Source: a virus
Length of the DNA: 64,000 nucleotides
Direction: 5' to 3' (one strand)
IMG/VR virus record: IMGVR_UViG_3300025018_000101
Span: 32,001-96,000 of that record
Position numbers and translations under genes: made by a program. The notes beneath the pieces were generated by a model, which saw only the letters and a list, made by a program, of their open reading frames with translations, ran no database searches and was not told the DNA's origin. Positions 1 to 9,702 of the stretch are shown here, piece after piece (the first letter of the stretch is position 1; each line of letters starts with the position of its first letter).

Positions 1-2298
1 CTCCTGGCCACGGAGCTGGTCAACACGACCCGCTACCCCCACTACGCGCAGCAGGTCATCCCCCTGTGCCGGGCGTTCGGCAACGACCTGCACTTCGTCA
101 ACGGCGTCGTCGTCACGGCGACCTCGGCGCCGTTCCTCGAGTTCGTCATCGACCCCTCGCACGCCCAGGCCCTGCGCACCCCCGACAACTCGCTGGACAC
201 CATCACGGTGGACGCACCCACCGTGCGGGGGCAACTGTACCAACTGGCGCAGAACTTCGACGCGCTCTACCAGGGCACGTCCACTGGATTCTTCCAGTTG
301 GGTATCAACACCCCGGCGGGTCCGTCTGAGCGCCTTCACATCTACGACGAGACCACCCTCGACGCGACCATCCTCTTCCAGCAGGGCAACACGACTCCGG
401 CGTCGTCCCAGCGGTACGGCACGATCGAGTTCTCCTCGCTCGAGACCGCGGCGCCGGGCAAGGTCGCCGAAGTGCGCGTCGCCCGAGCAGGCGCCGCCGG
501 CGTGGGCCGCCTGGACTTTTACCTGGCCCCCTCCGACGCCCCGGCGGCCCCCGCGCGCCTCCTGTCCCTGGTGGACCGTGAGGTGGGCGTCTCCAACGGC
601 CTGGCGACGCTGTCGTATGACAAGGTCACCAACCCGACGCACGGGGAACTGAACTTCCATCAAGACTCGACCGCCCCCGCGCCAGGGGACGCGCTCGGAC
701 GCATCTCCTTCTTCGACACGTGGGACAACGGCGAGCGGCAGGTGGCCCTCGACGTCGTGCGCAACGCTGCCGGCGATGGGCAGGACCTGGTGTGGTGGAA
801 TCAGCCGTCCGCGGGCACGGACGTCGTGGACACGGCGACGAACGAGCGGATGCGACTGACCGCGGACGGCAGGCTCGGCATAGGCTACTACGGCGCCGCA
901 TCGATGGCGACGGCTCCCCACCTGCAAGTGTTCGGGGTCAGCAAGGCCAGCTCCGGCACGACCGACTCCCTGGCACTCGTCCGAGACGCGCCATTCTTGA
1001 CCGCGGACGCCATGGCGATCCGCCAGACCGCACTCATCCCGGACGCCAACGGGGACTTCCAGATCGCCTCCGCGTTCAAGACCACGATGGAGAACCGGAC
1101 CGCGGGCAACGAGACCTCGCGGTTTGACCTCCTGCTCTTCGCCGGGGCGACGACCTGGACGGCGCTGACTCTCAGGTCCGCGAACGGGTCGGCAGAGAGT
1201 ACGGCTGCGCACGCGGCTGCGGGGGACGACTGGGACAACACGTTTTCGGCGTTCACCCCACTCGAGCGTCACGTCCTCCAGGGTCGGAAGCCGTCCGGCG
1301 CCGGCGAGGACGAGGGCGTCGCATCGGTCGTCTACAACAGCCTCGTGTCCGCGACGGAGGGCGACCGCCGGACCTCGTTCATCCTCGGTGGGTACACCAC
1401 CGCGGGGGCGGCCTTTGAGCAGGCTGCGTTCCGCGCGGACAACCCCGCAGGGCTGGCCGACGGGAACGACAGGACGTCGCAGGTCACACTGTTCGTCAAC
1501 GACGACACGTCGAACTACGCCTTCGACGGGGCGTCGTTCAACTTCAACGCTGCGGGCAAGTTCAGCGCCACGACCGTAGACGCCACCACGCTGCAGGGCA
1601 CCTCGGTCAGCGCGACCAACGTGGACGCGACCAACGAGATGACCGCGAACTGGGTGTCCGCTCGGAACACGGCGAAGGCGCTTGCCGTCATCCAGATGGC
1701 GGCCACCTCGGTGACGGCGCACCCGAATACGGACGGCATCGTCAAGGCCCTCAACATCGACAGCGTCCAGCGCATCCAGAAGGGGTACGTCGAGGTGCAG
1801 TTCGGCCCCGCCCTCCCCCTGAGCGGGAACGCGACGATCGTGGCGACGATCTCAGACACCCTGGGAACGCTCGCCACGATCCGCGCGGTGCAGACGACCG
1901 CGACAACGGCGACGGTCCGCGCGGTGCACCTGACGGGCGGTGACGCGAATCTGTGGAACGTCGCCATCTCCAACCCCGGGAACACGGCAGACGTGCACAC
2001 CGTCACGATCCTGGGCACGGCGGTGGACTACGTCGTGCAGCCCGGCGACGTCGTCACCGACGTGGTCAACAACCTCATCGCCAACATCCAGGCGGCCGCT
2101 CTCCCTGTGTGGCTCACGGACAATGGACCGGACTTCGACATCCTGGCGAGCACGGAGGGCCTGCCACTGGGGGTGACCTACGGCGGCACTGGTGTGGCGA
2201 CTGGGGTCGCGACGGAGAGTACTCCTGAGACCGTGGGCACGCTGCAGGCGTACGACTGCCTGTTCACCCTCGCGGTCTACCATCCGAATTACCCCTGA
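1..2298 (+). CDS. Tail fibre / receptor-binding-like protein (5'-partial)
   Basis: Frame is open from base 1 to TGA at 2298. T/A/G-rich beta-strand composition, fibre-type motif TNERMRLTADGRLGIG, and fibre-tip-like NTAKALAVIQ...NIDSVQRIQKGYVEVQF. Confidence 0.6.
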   Translation, partial: LLATELVNTTRYPHYAQQVIPLCRAFGNDLHFVNGVVVTATSAPFLEFVIDPSHAQALRTPDNSLDTITVDAPTVRGQLYQLAQNFDALYQGTSTGFFQLGINTPAGPSERLHIYDETTLDATILFQQGNTTPASSQRYGTIEFSSLETAAPGKVAEVRVARAGAAGVGRLDFYLAPSDAPAAPARLLSLVDREVGVSNGLATLSYDKVTNPTHGELNFHQDSTAPAPGDALGRISFFDTWDNGERQVALDVVRNAAGDGQDLVWWNQPSAGTDVVDTATNERMRLTADGRLGIGYYGAASMATAPHLQVFGVSKASSGTTDSLALVRDAPFLTADAMAIRQTALIPDANGDFQIASAFKTTMENRTAGNETSRFDLLLFAGATTWTALTLRSANGSAESTAAHAAAGDDWDNTFSAFTPLERHVLQGRKPSGAGEDEGVASVVYNSLVSATEGDRRTSFILGGYTTAGAAFEQAAFRADNPAGLADGNDRTSQVTLFVNDDTSNYAFDGASFNFNAAGKFSATTVDATTLQGTSVSATNVDATNEMTANWVSARNTAKALAVIQMAATSVTAHPNTDGIVKALNIDSVQRIQKGYVEVQFGPALPLSGNATIVATISDTLGTLATIRAVQTTATTATVRAVHLTGGDANLWNVAISNPGNTADVHTVTILGTAVDYVVQPGDVVTDVVNNLIANIQAAALPVWLTDNGPDFDILASTEGLPLGVTYGGTGVATGVATESTPETVGTLQAYDCLFTLAVYHPNYP

Positions 2299-2306
2299 GG
2301 TTTGAC

Positions 2307-2702
2307 GTGGAAGCCTACCTCCTCCAGGCCCGCGAGACCTGGTCCACCTGGCCCCTGTGGAAGAAGCTCCTCCTGGGCATCCCCATCGGCCTCGGCCTGC
2401 TGGCCTTCGCGCTGCTCGCGGCCTCGAGCCGCAAGCCAGACCCGGCGCAGGCGGCCGTCAAGGGGTTCACCGAGCACGCCGCCAGGGATGCCGACGTCCT
2501 CGCCCGCGACCTGCGCGGCGTGAAGAAGGACGCCGCGGCCGTCGTCGTAGAGAGCGCGGCGGTGGACGACGTCGTCGACATCTACGCCGACGCGGTGGAG
2601 GACAGCGTCGAGGCGCATCGCGCCTGGGCGGAGGAGGTCAACAGGGCGTCCTCGATCCCCGAGCTGGAAGCGCTCGCAGACCGCCGTCGGAACGAAGACT
2701 GA
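2307..2702 (+). CDS. N-terminal TM + coiled-coil protein (i-spanin-like candidate)
   Basis: GAGG RBS, GTG start; hydrophobic KKLLLGIPIGLGLLAFALLAA followed by a helical A/D/E-rich tail. Confidence 0.5.
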   Translation: MEAYLLQARETWSTWPLWKKLLLGIPIGLGLLAFALLAASSRKPDPAQAAVKGFTEHAARDADVLARDLRGVKKDAAAVVVESAAVDDVVDIYADAVEDSVEAHRAWAEEVNRASSIPELEALADRRRNED

Positions 2703-2717
2703 GACAGGAGGCGAGGC

Positions 2718-3074
2718 ATGGCGGTAACGCTCACAGGCGAGGTCACCAAGACCATTGTATCGGAGACCGAGTTCCAGCTTGACTGGAGCATTACCGTGGC
2801 GTCGGAGATCCCCGCGGAGGTCTTCGTGGTGCGCGCGGAGGACGACTCGTTCTACCGCGTCGCTCAGATCGAAGACTTCGAGCTACCCACGGCGCCCGAG
2901 ATCCTGTCCTACGTGCACTACCGGCGCGCGGATATGAGCGTGACGGTGTCGTCCTACACCGCGGCCCTGGCGCACGAGGTCATCGTCCGCGCCGACCTGG
3001 CGTCGTTGGCTGCGACGTACGAGGCGGGCACGGATGCGTGGTCTGGCACCGAGCCCTTCACCTACCCGGAGTGA
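2718..3074 (+). CDS. Hypothetical virion protein (paralog of the N-terminal domain of the next gene)
   Basis: AGGAGG RBS; phage-like codon usage; motif similarity to 3084..4148. Confidence 0.7.
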   Translation: MAVTLTGEVTKTIVSETEFQLDWSITVASEIPAEVFVVRAEDDSFYRVAQIEDFELPTAPEILSYVHYRRADMSVTVSSYTAALAHEVIVRADLASLAATYEAGTDAWSGTEPFTYPE

Positions 3075-3083
3075 GGCTGACCC

Positions 3084-4148
3084 ATGCCGATCCTCGACAT
3101 CCCACCTGACCTCGTCGCTCCGTCCGGCCCCACGCTCGGGACGCAGCGTCGACGGGCGACGGCCTCGGGCGGCCGTCTCGTCTACGAGACCGAGACGTGG
3201 GTCACCTACCAGGGCGACCTGCCAGACGTCGGCGTCTTCACTTACCGCATCGCGGACCCGGCCGACCCTACGACCGACGTCCTGATGCGCGTGGCGACCC
3301 CGGCGGACCTGGTCACGTGGGGCGCCGACCGGTGGGCGGCTGTGGACGCGGGCGAGGGCTACTTCCGCCAGGGGTACCTCCTACGGCAGTTCACCGACGT
3401 TCGGGCGGCCACCCAGGACGCCCAGGTGGTCCAGGAGCTCGTCGACCTGCTCGTGACGACCTGGGCGACCTACCAGGACGAGTTCACCACTGAGGCGCTC
3501 GTCGGCGGGGTTGAGGACCTGTCCTGGCCCTTGCCTGACGCCACCCTGCTCGAGGGCCTCGTGGCGACCTACGACGAGGCGGTCACCGCTCGCGCGGCCA
3601 AGGCGGAGGAACTGGTCGACAAGGCGACGGAGGTCACCGCAGCGGCCGCTCGCGCCGCCGAACTCGACGCCGACGTCCTGGCGCTCACCGCAGCCGCGGA
3701 CCAGGCATCTGCGGTCTCCGACACGCTCACCAACTCCCTGGCGGGCTTCGTCCTGTTCTCCACGGACGCGGCCGCGTTCGCTGCCAACGTCGAGGGCGGA
3801 ACCGACGTCTACCAGGACACGGCGACGGCCTCGGACCCCGCGTGGGCGTGGTTCAAGGCCGAAGGGATCGTACCGCTGGCGAAGGCGGACTTCGACGCCA
3901 GCATCGCGAGCGCGGCGGCGTACATCGCCGAGATGCGGAGGCAGACGGCCAACGCCTCGGATGTCTACGCCGCCCTGGCGGCCCAGGTCGTGTCGCGCAC
4001 CTCAGCCCTGACGGTCGCGCGCCAGACCCTGGCGACGGCATCGACCGAGAAGATCACGCTCCAGTACGAACTCAATGCCCTTACCGCCGAGGTCGCCGCG
4101 GCTACGGCAGCCGTCCTGGCCGTGGACTCGGGCTACAGCTTCACCTAA
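3084..4148 (+). CDS. Hypothetical virion protein with C-terminal coiled coil
   Basis: GAGG RBS; Ala-rich heptad-like C-terminal half; ends at a hairpin. Confidence 0.7.
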   Translation: MPILDIPPDLVAPSGPTLGTQRRRATASGGRLVYETETWVTYQGDLPDVGVFTYRIADPADPTTDVLMRVATPADLVTWGADRWAAVDAGEGYFRQGYLLRQFTDVRAATQDAQVVQELVDLLVTTWATYQDEFTTEALVGGVEDLSWPLPDATLLEGLVATYDEAVTARAAKAEELVDKATEVTAAAARAAELDADVLALTAAADQASAVSDTLTNSLAGFVLFSTDAAAFAANVEGGTDVYQDTATASDPAWAWFKAEGIVPLAKADFDASIASAAAYIAEMRRQTANASDVYAALAAQVVSRTSALTVARQTLATASTEKITLQYELNALTAEVAAATAAVLAVDSGYSFT

Positions 4149-4180
4149 AAGAAAGCCCCCGGCAGGTGCCGGGGGCTTTC
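4145..4180 (-). terminator. Hairpin + TTTTAG terminator between convergent genes
   Basis: Inverted repeat GAAAGCCCCCGGCA / TGCCGGGGGCTTTC, followed by TTTTAG on the minus strand. Confidence 0.85.
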
Positions 4181-4196
4181 GCCCCGCTCGATGTGC

Positions 4197-5696
4197 TCAG
4201 AACCCGGCGGCGCGCGCGAGCGCGCCTGGGCCGTACCCGCCGATGACGTACACGACGCGGCCGGGCGTCTCCGTCCGTTTGGCCTTGTGCGAGAGGCCGT
4301 GGCTCACGTGCCGGATGAGCACGAAGGCCAGGTCGCCCTCGCCGAGGCGCCCGATCGCCGAGCAGACGGTGTCGTCTGGCACTCCCGAGGGGAGCCAGAC
4401 GGCGTCGTTGGCCGCGTATGCGCCCGTCAGCGCTTTCGTGATCGCCGGCCGGGCGGCGCCGCCGACGATCAGGATGTTCCGACCCTTGAAGGGCGACCCG
4501 TCGACCTCCGGGTCCTCGGCGTCCTCCTCGGCCTGCGCCGCGGCCAGGAACCTCTTGACCGCGGACTTGACGGGCTTTGCGCTCCTGGTGTTCCACACGG
4601 ACACCGGGAGGGTCGCCAGCGCCCCGAGTACGCGCTGGTCGAGGGCCATGCCCTCTTGCACGGCGTCGGCGACCGCGTCGCGGAGGGCGTTCCGCGTCAA
4701 GGTCCCGTCCTGCTCCGCGTCGAGCCACATCTCGACGCGCGCCTGCCCGGCCCCCTGCGTCACGACGTTCGGGTCGTCAACCCCGAACGCCAGCAGCTCC
4801 GACAGCGCGTACTCCGCGTCGTCGGACCAGGAGCCGCCCGAGCGCGGCTCCTGGTCACGGCCAAAGCCGTGGATGAAGCCGCATTTGAGGTCGTCCGCGA
4901 CACACCGGGTGCGGACGAACAGGTTCCACTGCTTCAACTGGGCAGTGTGCCCAGGCGTCGGAGCGCAACCGCCGAGGTGGCGGAGGCGCGCCGCGGCGTA
5001 CCGGAGCAGCTCCCGCTGCACGTCCAGGGGCTGCGACTGAGCCGCAACCCAGACTGCGGCCACCGCCTCCCGGGCTCGGCCCGCCTCGGCCTCCCAGTTG
5101 TCGGCCTTGGAGAGCCACGAGGCCGCCGGGATCCTCCCGTACCCTCGGAGGAACTCGGAGACCGCCCTGCGGTCTACGGCGGGTTCCTCCCGCCCCCTCT
5201 CCTCCGCGAGTTCGAGCTCGAGGCGCGCGAGCTCCTGGCGTCGCTCCGCCAGGAGACCGACCTGATGGCCGGCCGCTTCGAGGAGGCCGGCGACCTCCCT
5301 CTTCCGGTCGGCCTCGAGGGCCGCCGACTCCTCAAGCGCGCGCCGACCCTCCGCCGCCTCCAGGGCCGCCTCCTGGTACCTGGCCGTCGCGGCCGCCGCC
5401 AACGCCGAGGCGTTGTCGGCGTTGGCGACGAGCGCCACGGCCTCCGCCTCCAGCTCCTGGATGCGGGCGAACAGCTCCGCCTCCAGGGAGGGGTCGGCCA
5501 TCGGGGCCGCGACGGGAGGCGCAAGCACCACCTCGCCCTTGTAGACCGCGCGGCCGAGGTCCTGGAGGGCGCCCTTGAGCGCCTCCGAGGCCTCGACCAT
5601 GTCGGCCCGCTTACCGCCCCCGAGGGCGGTGTTGATGACGGCCGCTTCGCGGGCGGCGACGGCGGAGAGGAGCGCCTCGAATTTTGCCTGGGACAT
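4197..5696 (-). CDS. Coiled-coil protein with C-terminal DUF2325-like domain
   Basis: Start reset to ATG 5696 (GGAG RBS). C-terminal ILIVGG...DLAFVLIRHVSHGLS resembles DUF2325 from memory. Confidence 0.6.
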   Translation of the reverse strand: MSQAKFEALLSAVAAREAAVINTALGGGKRADMVEASEALKGALQDLGRAVYKGEVVLAPPVAAPMADPSLEAELFARIQELEAEAVALVANADNASALAAAATARYQEAALEAAEGRRALEESAALEADRKREVAGLLEAAGHQVGLLAERRQELARLELELAEERGREEPAVDRRAVSEFLRGYGRIPAASWLSKADNWEAEAGRAREAVAAVWVAAQSQPLDVQRELLRYAAARLRHLGGCAPTPGHTAQLKQWNLFVRTRCVADDLKCGFIHGFGRDQEPRSGGSWSDDAEYALSELLAFGVDDPNVVTQGAGQARVEMWLDAEQDGTLTRNALRDAVADAVQEGMALDQRVLGALATLPVSVWNTRSAKPVKSAVKRFLAAAQAEEDAEDPEVDGSPFKGRNILIVGGAARPAITKALTGAYAANDAVWLPSGVPDDTVCSAIGRLGEGDLAFVLIRHVSHGLSHKAKRTETPGRVVYVIGGYGPGALARAAGF

Positions 5697-5720
5697 GAAG
5701 ACTCCGGGGTTGTGTCCCGC

Positions 5721-5749
5721 TTGCTCAGTGCCGGCGGGACGGGTAGAGT
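5721..5749 (+). promoter_or_regulatory. sigma70-like promoter
   Basis: TTGCTC-17 nt-TAGAGT upstream of 5787. Confidence 0.6.
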
Positions 5750-5786
5750 GGCAGGGTCGAGTCAGACGTCCACGACGGAGTACGCC

Positions 5787-6824
5787 ATGCCGATCATCGA
5801 CCACACCAGGGACCGCGGCGTCATGCTGCAGCCTATCTTGCAGCGACGTCCTGACCTTGTGTCAAGGATCAAGGTCGCTGCCGAGGCGCTGAGCCAGACC
5901 AAGCGCGGGGCGTACGCATGGCCCGAAGCAGGGCTGTTCCCCGTGGACACGCCGGAGAACACCGCGCTGTCGTACCTGTACGTCGGCATGCAGGCACGCG
6001 ACGTGCCCCGGGGGGTCCAGTACAAGGTGGCTTCGGCCGCGGTGGCTTGGGGCCTCGACATAGGCGCCCTGACGAGCGCCCTGACCGAGCGCCGGGACCT
6101 GACGAAAACGGCTGCGCCTCGCGTCGACCCAGACGACTACGCGCTGCCGGCCGAGCGCCGCCTGCGCATCAAGACGGCCGACGAGGTCCAGGCTGCGCAG
6201 GCTGCGCTGGCTCGGTACTCGAGGGACCTCGGCATGATCAAGACGGCCTCGGCAGCGGTGCGGATCGTCAACCGCGCCAGGGCCATTGGCATGAGAGAGA
6301 GTGACCTCTCCCCGGCCACGAAGACCTACGCGGGCCTCGTGGCCTGCGACCTGTACAAGCTGGCCGACGCTCTCACGGCCAGGGCCGTTGCGGCGCCGAC
6401 TCCATCGTCGCGCAGCGCCTACCATGACGCGTCGACCGCTGCCCACGCCCTGGGGCGGACGGCGCGCCTGTCCACGGATCGCGCGACCCTGTCGAAGATC
6501 GCGTCTCACATCGACGCTATCGACCAGGCCTCAGGCGTCCGGAGGAAGCACCCGGGTCTGCCGGACCCGCTGATGGCCGTGTTCAACACGTCGAAGGTGG
6601 CCGGGGGGACCATCGACCTGGCGGGCGTCCAGGCAGACGTCAACAAGCTCTCGGCGCTGGACGCGGGTACCTTCGAGGACGTGCTCGGTCCCGAGTTCGT
6701 GGCCGAGATCACCGACGCCTCGGGCGCCGTCGACCCGCAGCTCATCGCCACGGTCATCCCCACCCTGCCCCTCGACATGAAGCGCGCGCTCGGGGCTGCG
6801 CTCAAGAGCGTGGTGGGGGTGTGA
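5787..6824 (+). CDS. K-x-A-rich putative head protein with DUF6582-like repeats
   Basis: ATG 5787 with GGAG RBS; the upstream part of ORF 4191 is an antisense shadow. Two repeats, YAWPEAGLFPVDT and YALPAERRLRIKT; 8 K-x-A motifs. Confidence 0.7.
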   Translation: MPIIDHTRDRGVMLQPILQRRPDLVSRIKVAAEALSQTKRGAYAWPEAGLFPVDTPENTALSYLYVGMQARDVPRGVQYKVASAAVAWGLDIGALTSALTERRDLTKTAAPRVDPDDYALPAERRLRIKTADEVQAAQAALARYSRDLGMIKTASAAVRIVNRARAIGMRESDLSPATKTYAGLVACDLYKLADALTARAVAAPTPSSRSAYHDASTAAHALGRTARLSTDRATLSKIASHIDAIDQASGVRRKHPGLPDPLMAVFNTSKVAGGTIDLAGVQADVNKLSALDAGTFEDVLGPEFVAEITDASGAVDPQLIATVIPTLPLDMKRALGAALKSVVGV

Positions 6825-6825
6825 C

Positions 6826-7539
6826 GTGCCCTTGACCGGCCTGCGAATCCCCGAGGTGTCCACCGGCCGCGCCGTGCTGATGCTCGGCCGCAAGGACACC
6901 GTCGCCCTGCTGGCCTACCGAGCGGCCTGCGCGCTGGCTGGCCAGGACGTGGCGGACTTCGACCCCGAGGCGTTCCGCATGGTCGCCACGGAGACGTACG
7001 GCGCGACCCTGGACGAGGACGTACTCGACCGCGTCGAGGCCGTCTCGACGCTGATCGTCAACCCGGCGGCCTTCCTCGACGACGCGCACACCTTCGAGAG
7101 CATCGTCCTGGCTTTGTGCGGCGAGCCCGTCAACACCAACGTCATGCAGGAGCCTGAGATCTGCTGCCTGTGTTGGGGAGTTCGGCACGGCCTGGAGCTC
7201 GTCCAGCACTTTCATCCGGCGTCGAGAGAGCTCGACGCGTACGGTGCGTTCGGCCGCGAGGTCCGGATGTACATCGCTGCCCTCCTGCACCTGGGGGGCT
7301 ACGTCGTGTGCCCCAACAGCCTGGAGTTCGCCCAGGCGGCGCTCGACATGGAGCACTACGCCCCGAGTCTGTCCGCGCGAGTGCAGTCCATGTGGGACAA
7401 TCTCGACAAGGACAATCTCGAGGACGTGACGTACGAGGACACCGCCGAGGGAGTGCAGCTCAGTCGCCTGGCGACGTGCTACCTCTACGACCTCGAGCAG
7501 CAGAAGAAGCTGACCGAGCAGGTCCTCGCCATCCTGTGA
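6826..7539 (+). CDS. Hypothetical protein
   Basis: Starts 1 nt after the previous stop; typical codon usage. Confidence 0.75.
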   Translation: MPLTGLRIPEVSTGRAVLMLGRKDTVALLAYRAACALAGQDVADFDPEAFRMVATETYGATLDEDVLDRVEAVSTLIVNPAAFLDDAHTFESIVLALCGEPVNTNVMQEPEICCLCWGVRHGLELVQHFHPASRELDAYGAFGREVRMYIAALLHLGGYVVCPNSLEFAQAALDMEHYAPSLSARVQSMWDNLDKDNLEDVTYEDTAEGVQLSRLATCYLYDLEQQKKLTEQVLAIL

Positions 7540-7545
7540 GACCTC

Positions 7546-8142
7546 ATGCCCTACATCCTCTACCTGGCCACTGACGTGGCCGAGCTCGAGCTGGTCTACC
7601 GCGACCGGCTGGCGTCTGTACTGCAGGCGTCCGTCGCCCTCGAGGAGATCCCGGATCTGGCCCTGCTGTCCCTGGCGGGCCCCGACGGGGTCACGCTCGT
7701 CGACTGGAGGCGGGACGTCGTCACGCCGAAGGTATGGCTCGTCGGCCCTGAGCTCGCCGAGCTTGAGGCGCTTCGCCACGCGCACCTGCTGCGCGAGCAG
7801 CACGCTGAGGCCCTGTCGATGCGATGGGCTACCGGGTCGACCCCGCGAGAGGCGGAACAGTCGCCCGAGGAGGCGCTCATCCGAACCTTCACGCGGATGG
7901 ACGCCCACGACCGCATCCGCCACGTGTACAAGACGGCGAGGCCGTCGGGTCGGGCCCTGACGCGCATCCAGCGCATCCGCGACTACGCCTCGGAGCTCAG
8001 TCACGTCATCAACGCGTCGATGCCCGACTGCGCGGACAAGAGCCGCGCCCTGGGACAGATCGAGGCCGCGGTAGCCACGGCCGTCATCGGCCTCTGGCAG
8101 GCGCAGGACAAGCTCGTCCCGCGGGAGGGGGAGGGGGCATGA
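7546..8142 (+). CDS. Protein with C-terminal Acb2/Tad1-like helical hairpin domain
   Basis: C-terminal IQRIRDYASELSHVINASMPDCADKSRALGQIEAAV matches the recalled pattern IR..A.ELA..I...CPDSREKSLA.T.LEEA. Confidence 0.55.
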   Translation: MPYILYLATDVAELELVYRDRLASVLQASVALEEIPDLALLSLAGPDGVTLVDWRRDVVTPKVWLVGPELAELEALRHAHLLREQHAEALSMRWATGSTPREAEQSPEEALIRTFTRMDAHDRIRHVYKTARPSGRALTRIQRIRDYASELSHVINASMPDCADKSRALGQIEAAVATAVIGLWQAQDKLVPREGEGA

Positions 8143-8594
8143 CGGCCACGCGTCGACTGGCGCCGAAGTACCTGCTTGAGGCGCTCCGAGAGTTACTCGA
8201 GACGCCCACCGACAAGCGTGCGCAGGAAGCCCTGGACCTGGTCATCGAGTACCAGGACCCTATCGCAACCGCATACGTGGTGCAGCACCTGATGGCGGCC
8301 GGGTTCAGGGTCGCCATCATTGCGGAGTCGCAGGCGGCCTTGGAGGCGCGCCTCGTCCGTGCACTCGACCTCCACTCCCGCGTCGGGGCCGAGATTCAGC
8401 AGCGGTTGCTCAACCCGCCCTACGTCTGGCGCCCGGACGCGCCGGCCAGCCCGGAACGTGTCGACGTCCCTCCCCTGAGGGGGCGGTACACGGACGACAC
8501 GCCCGTGGTGTCCGAGGAGTTCGCCCGCCTGTACGGCGGGACGCCGCCGGGGCGCAGCTCAGTCCCCGACGCAGAGGAGTGCCCCGACCCCTGA
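8139..8594 (+). CDS. Hypothetical protein
   Basis: ATGA overlap with the previous stop; GGAGG RBS. Confidence 0.7.
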   Translation: MTATRRLAPKYLLEALRELLETPTDKRAQEALDLVIEYQDPIATAYVVQHLMAAGFRVAIIAESQAALEARLVRALDLHSRVGAEIQQRLLNPPYVWRPDAPASPERVDVPPLRGRYTDDTPVVSEEFARLYGGTPPGRSSVPDAEECPDP

Positions 8595-8831
8595 AGCGCG
8601 CCGCGTGCGGGCGTCTAAAGGCGTGACCGCGCCGAGCGACTCCCGCGCGGCAGCCAGGCCGCTGCCAGGGTCTGCCCAGCGCAGTCGGCGGACCGGTGCG
8701 TTGGGGCGACCGAGCCTCTCGTTCGCACTTTCACGTTCACCCACCCCCTCCGCCCTCCGCCCGGACTGGCGGGGGAGACTAAACGCCGGCCCCGCTGGCA
8801 CACCGCTCCCTACGGGGTGCAGGAGAGACTT

Positions 8832-9068
8832 ATGGCCCGAACTGAGTGGTTTGCGTTTTGCGCCTGGGGCGCGGGGTCAGTCCCCACCCCCAGGGTCGTC
8901 ACGTCCGTGGCTGAGGCGGACAGCGCTGCGAGCCGGTGGCGTGATTCGTGCGCCAGCAAGCGCGGTGCCCCCGCTGCGGCCGACGTGCGCCTGCTGGGGC
9001 CTTTCGCGACCCGACGAGAGGCCCGCGAGGCGGACATCAGCGGTGGCCCTGTCGTCAAGACGATCTGA
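8832..9068 (+). CDS. Small hypothetical (early-type) protein
   Basis: AGGAG RBS preceded by a small hairpin; MARTEWFAFCAW... Confidence 0.6.
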   Translation: MARTEWFAFCAWGAGSVPTPRVVTSVAEADSAASRWRDSCASKRGAPAAADVRLLGPFATRREAREADISGGPVVKTI

Positions 9069-9157
9069 CGCCTACCCCGCGCGACCCGCTCATGCTGGCG
9101 CGCGAGGGTTCTTCCCCGCAACTGCCCCGTCACGGGGCACACGACAAGGACAGCAAC

Positions 9158-9682
9158 ATGGACAGCAACAGGGACATCGGCATCAACCGCCGCGTTAACA
9201 AGGCCCTGTGGGCCTTGTGGCACTCCCCCGACGACGCCAGCGCCATGGGCCTGGCCGCGGCGGAGGTCGCATCGCTGCGCGATGCGAACGTGCTCGAACT
9301 GCCGGGGGCTAGCTCCCGGCAGCGCGCCATCAAGCGCGCTATCGGAGCGATCGAGCGTGCCGTCGGGCACGCAAGGTCGCAGACGCCCCACACCTGGCAG
9401 GTCACGTCCCTGGAGGAGGGCGCGATCATCTCGGAGGGCTGGGCGGCGACCCAGCCATCCGCCAGGTTCGTGAGCCAGGCTTTGGGGGGATGGGCCCCCC
9501 GGCTCGACTGGAAGAGCTGGACCCTGTGCCACCCCAGGTGGATGGTGCTGGGGGCTCACCTGACGCCGGACCCCAGCGGCCCGGGGCGCTGGTCGTCCTT
9601 CAACGAGCACGTCCACGGCATGGGGATCGTGTCCGGGGAGGCCCTGGTCGAGGTCGACCCTGGGACCGACCCGCGCCGCTAA
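9158..9682 (+). CDS. Hypothetical Trp-rich protein
   Basis: AAGGA RBS preceded by hairpin TGCCCCGT-C-ACGGGGCA; ATG at 9158. Confidence 0.6.
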   Translation: MDSNRDIGINRRVNKALWALWHSPDDASAMGLAAAEVASLRDANVLELPGASSRQRAIKRAIGAIERAVGHARSQTPHTWQVTSLEEGAIISEGWAATQPSARFVSQALGGWAPRLDWKSWTLCHPRWMVLGAHLTPDPSGPGRWSSFNEHVHGMGIVSGEALVEVDPGTDPRR

Positions 9683-9702
9683 ATGCGTGCCACCCCGCGC
9701 CA

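Noticed and set aside
4191-5786. N-terminal 532 aa of the 877-aa plus ORF
   Set aside because: Overlaps the real minus-strand gene; a promoter and RBS support a start at 5787.
8615-8803. Minus-strand ORF or ncRNA ending at CTTTAG (8615)
   Set aside because: Hairpin is imperfect and no promoter motif or RBS was found; insufficient support.
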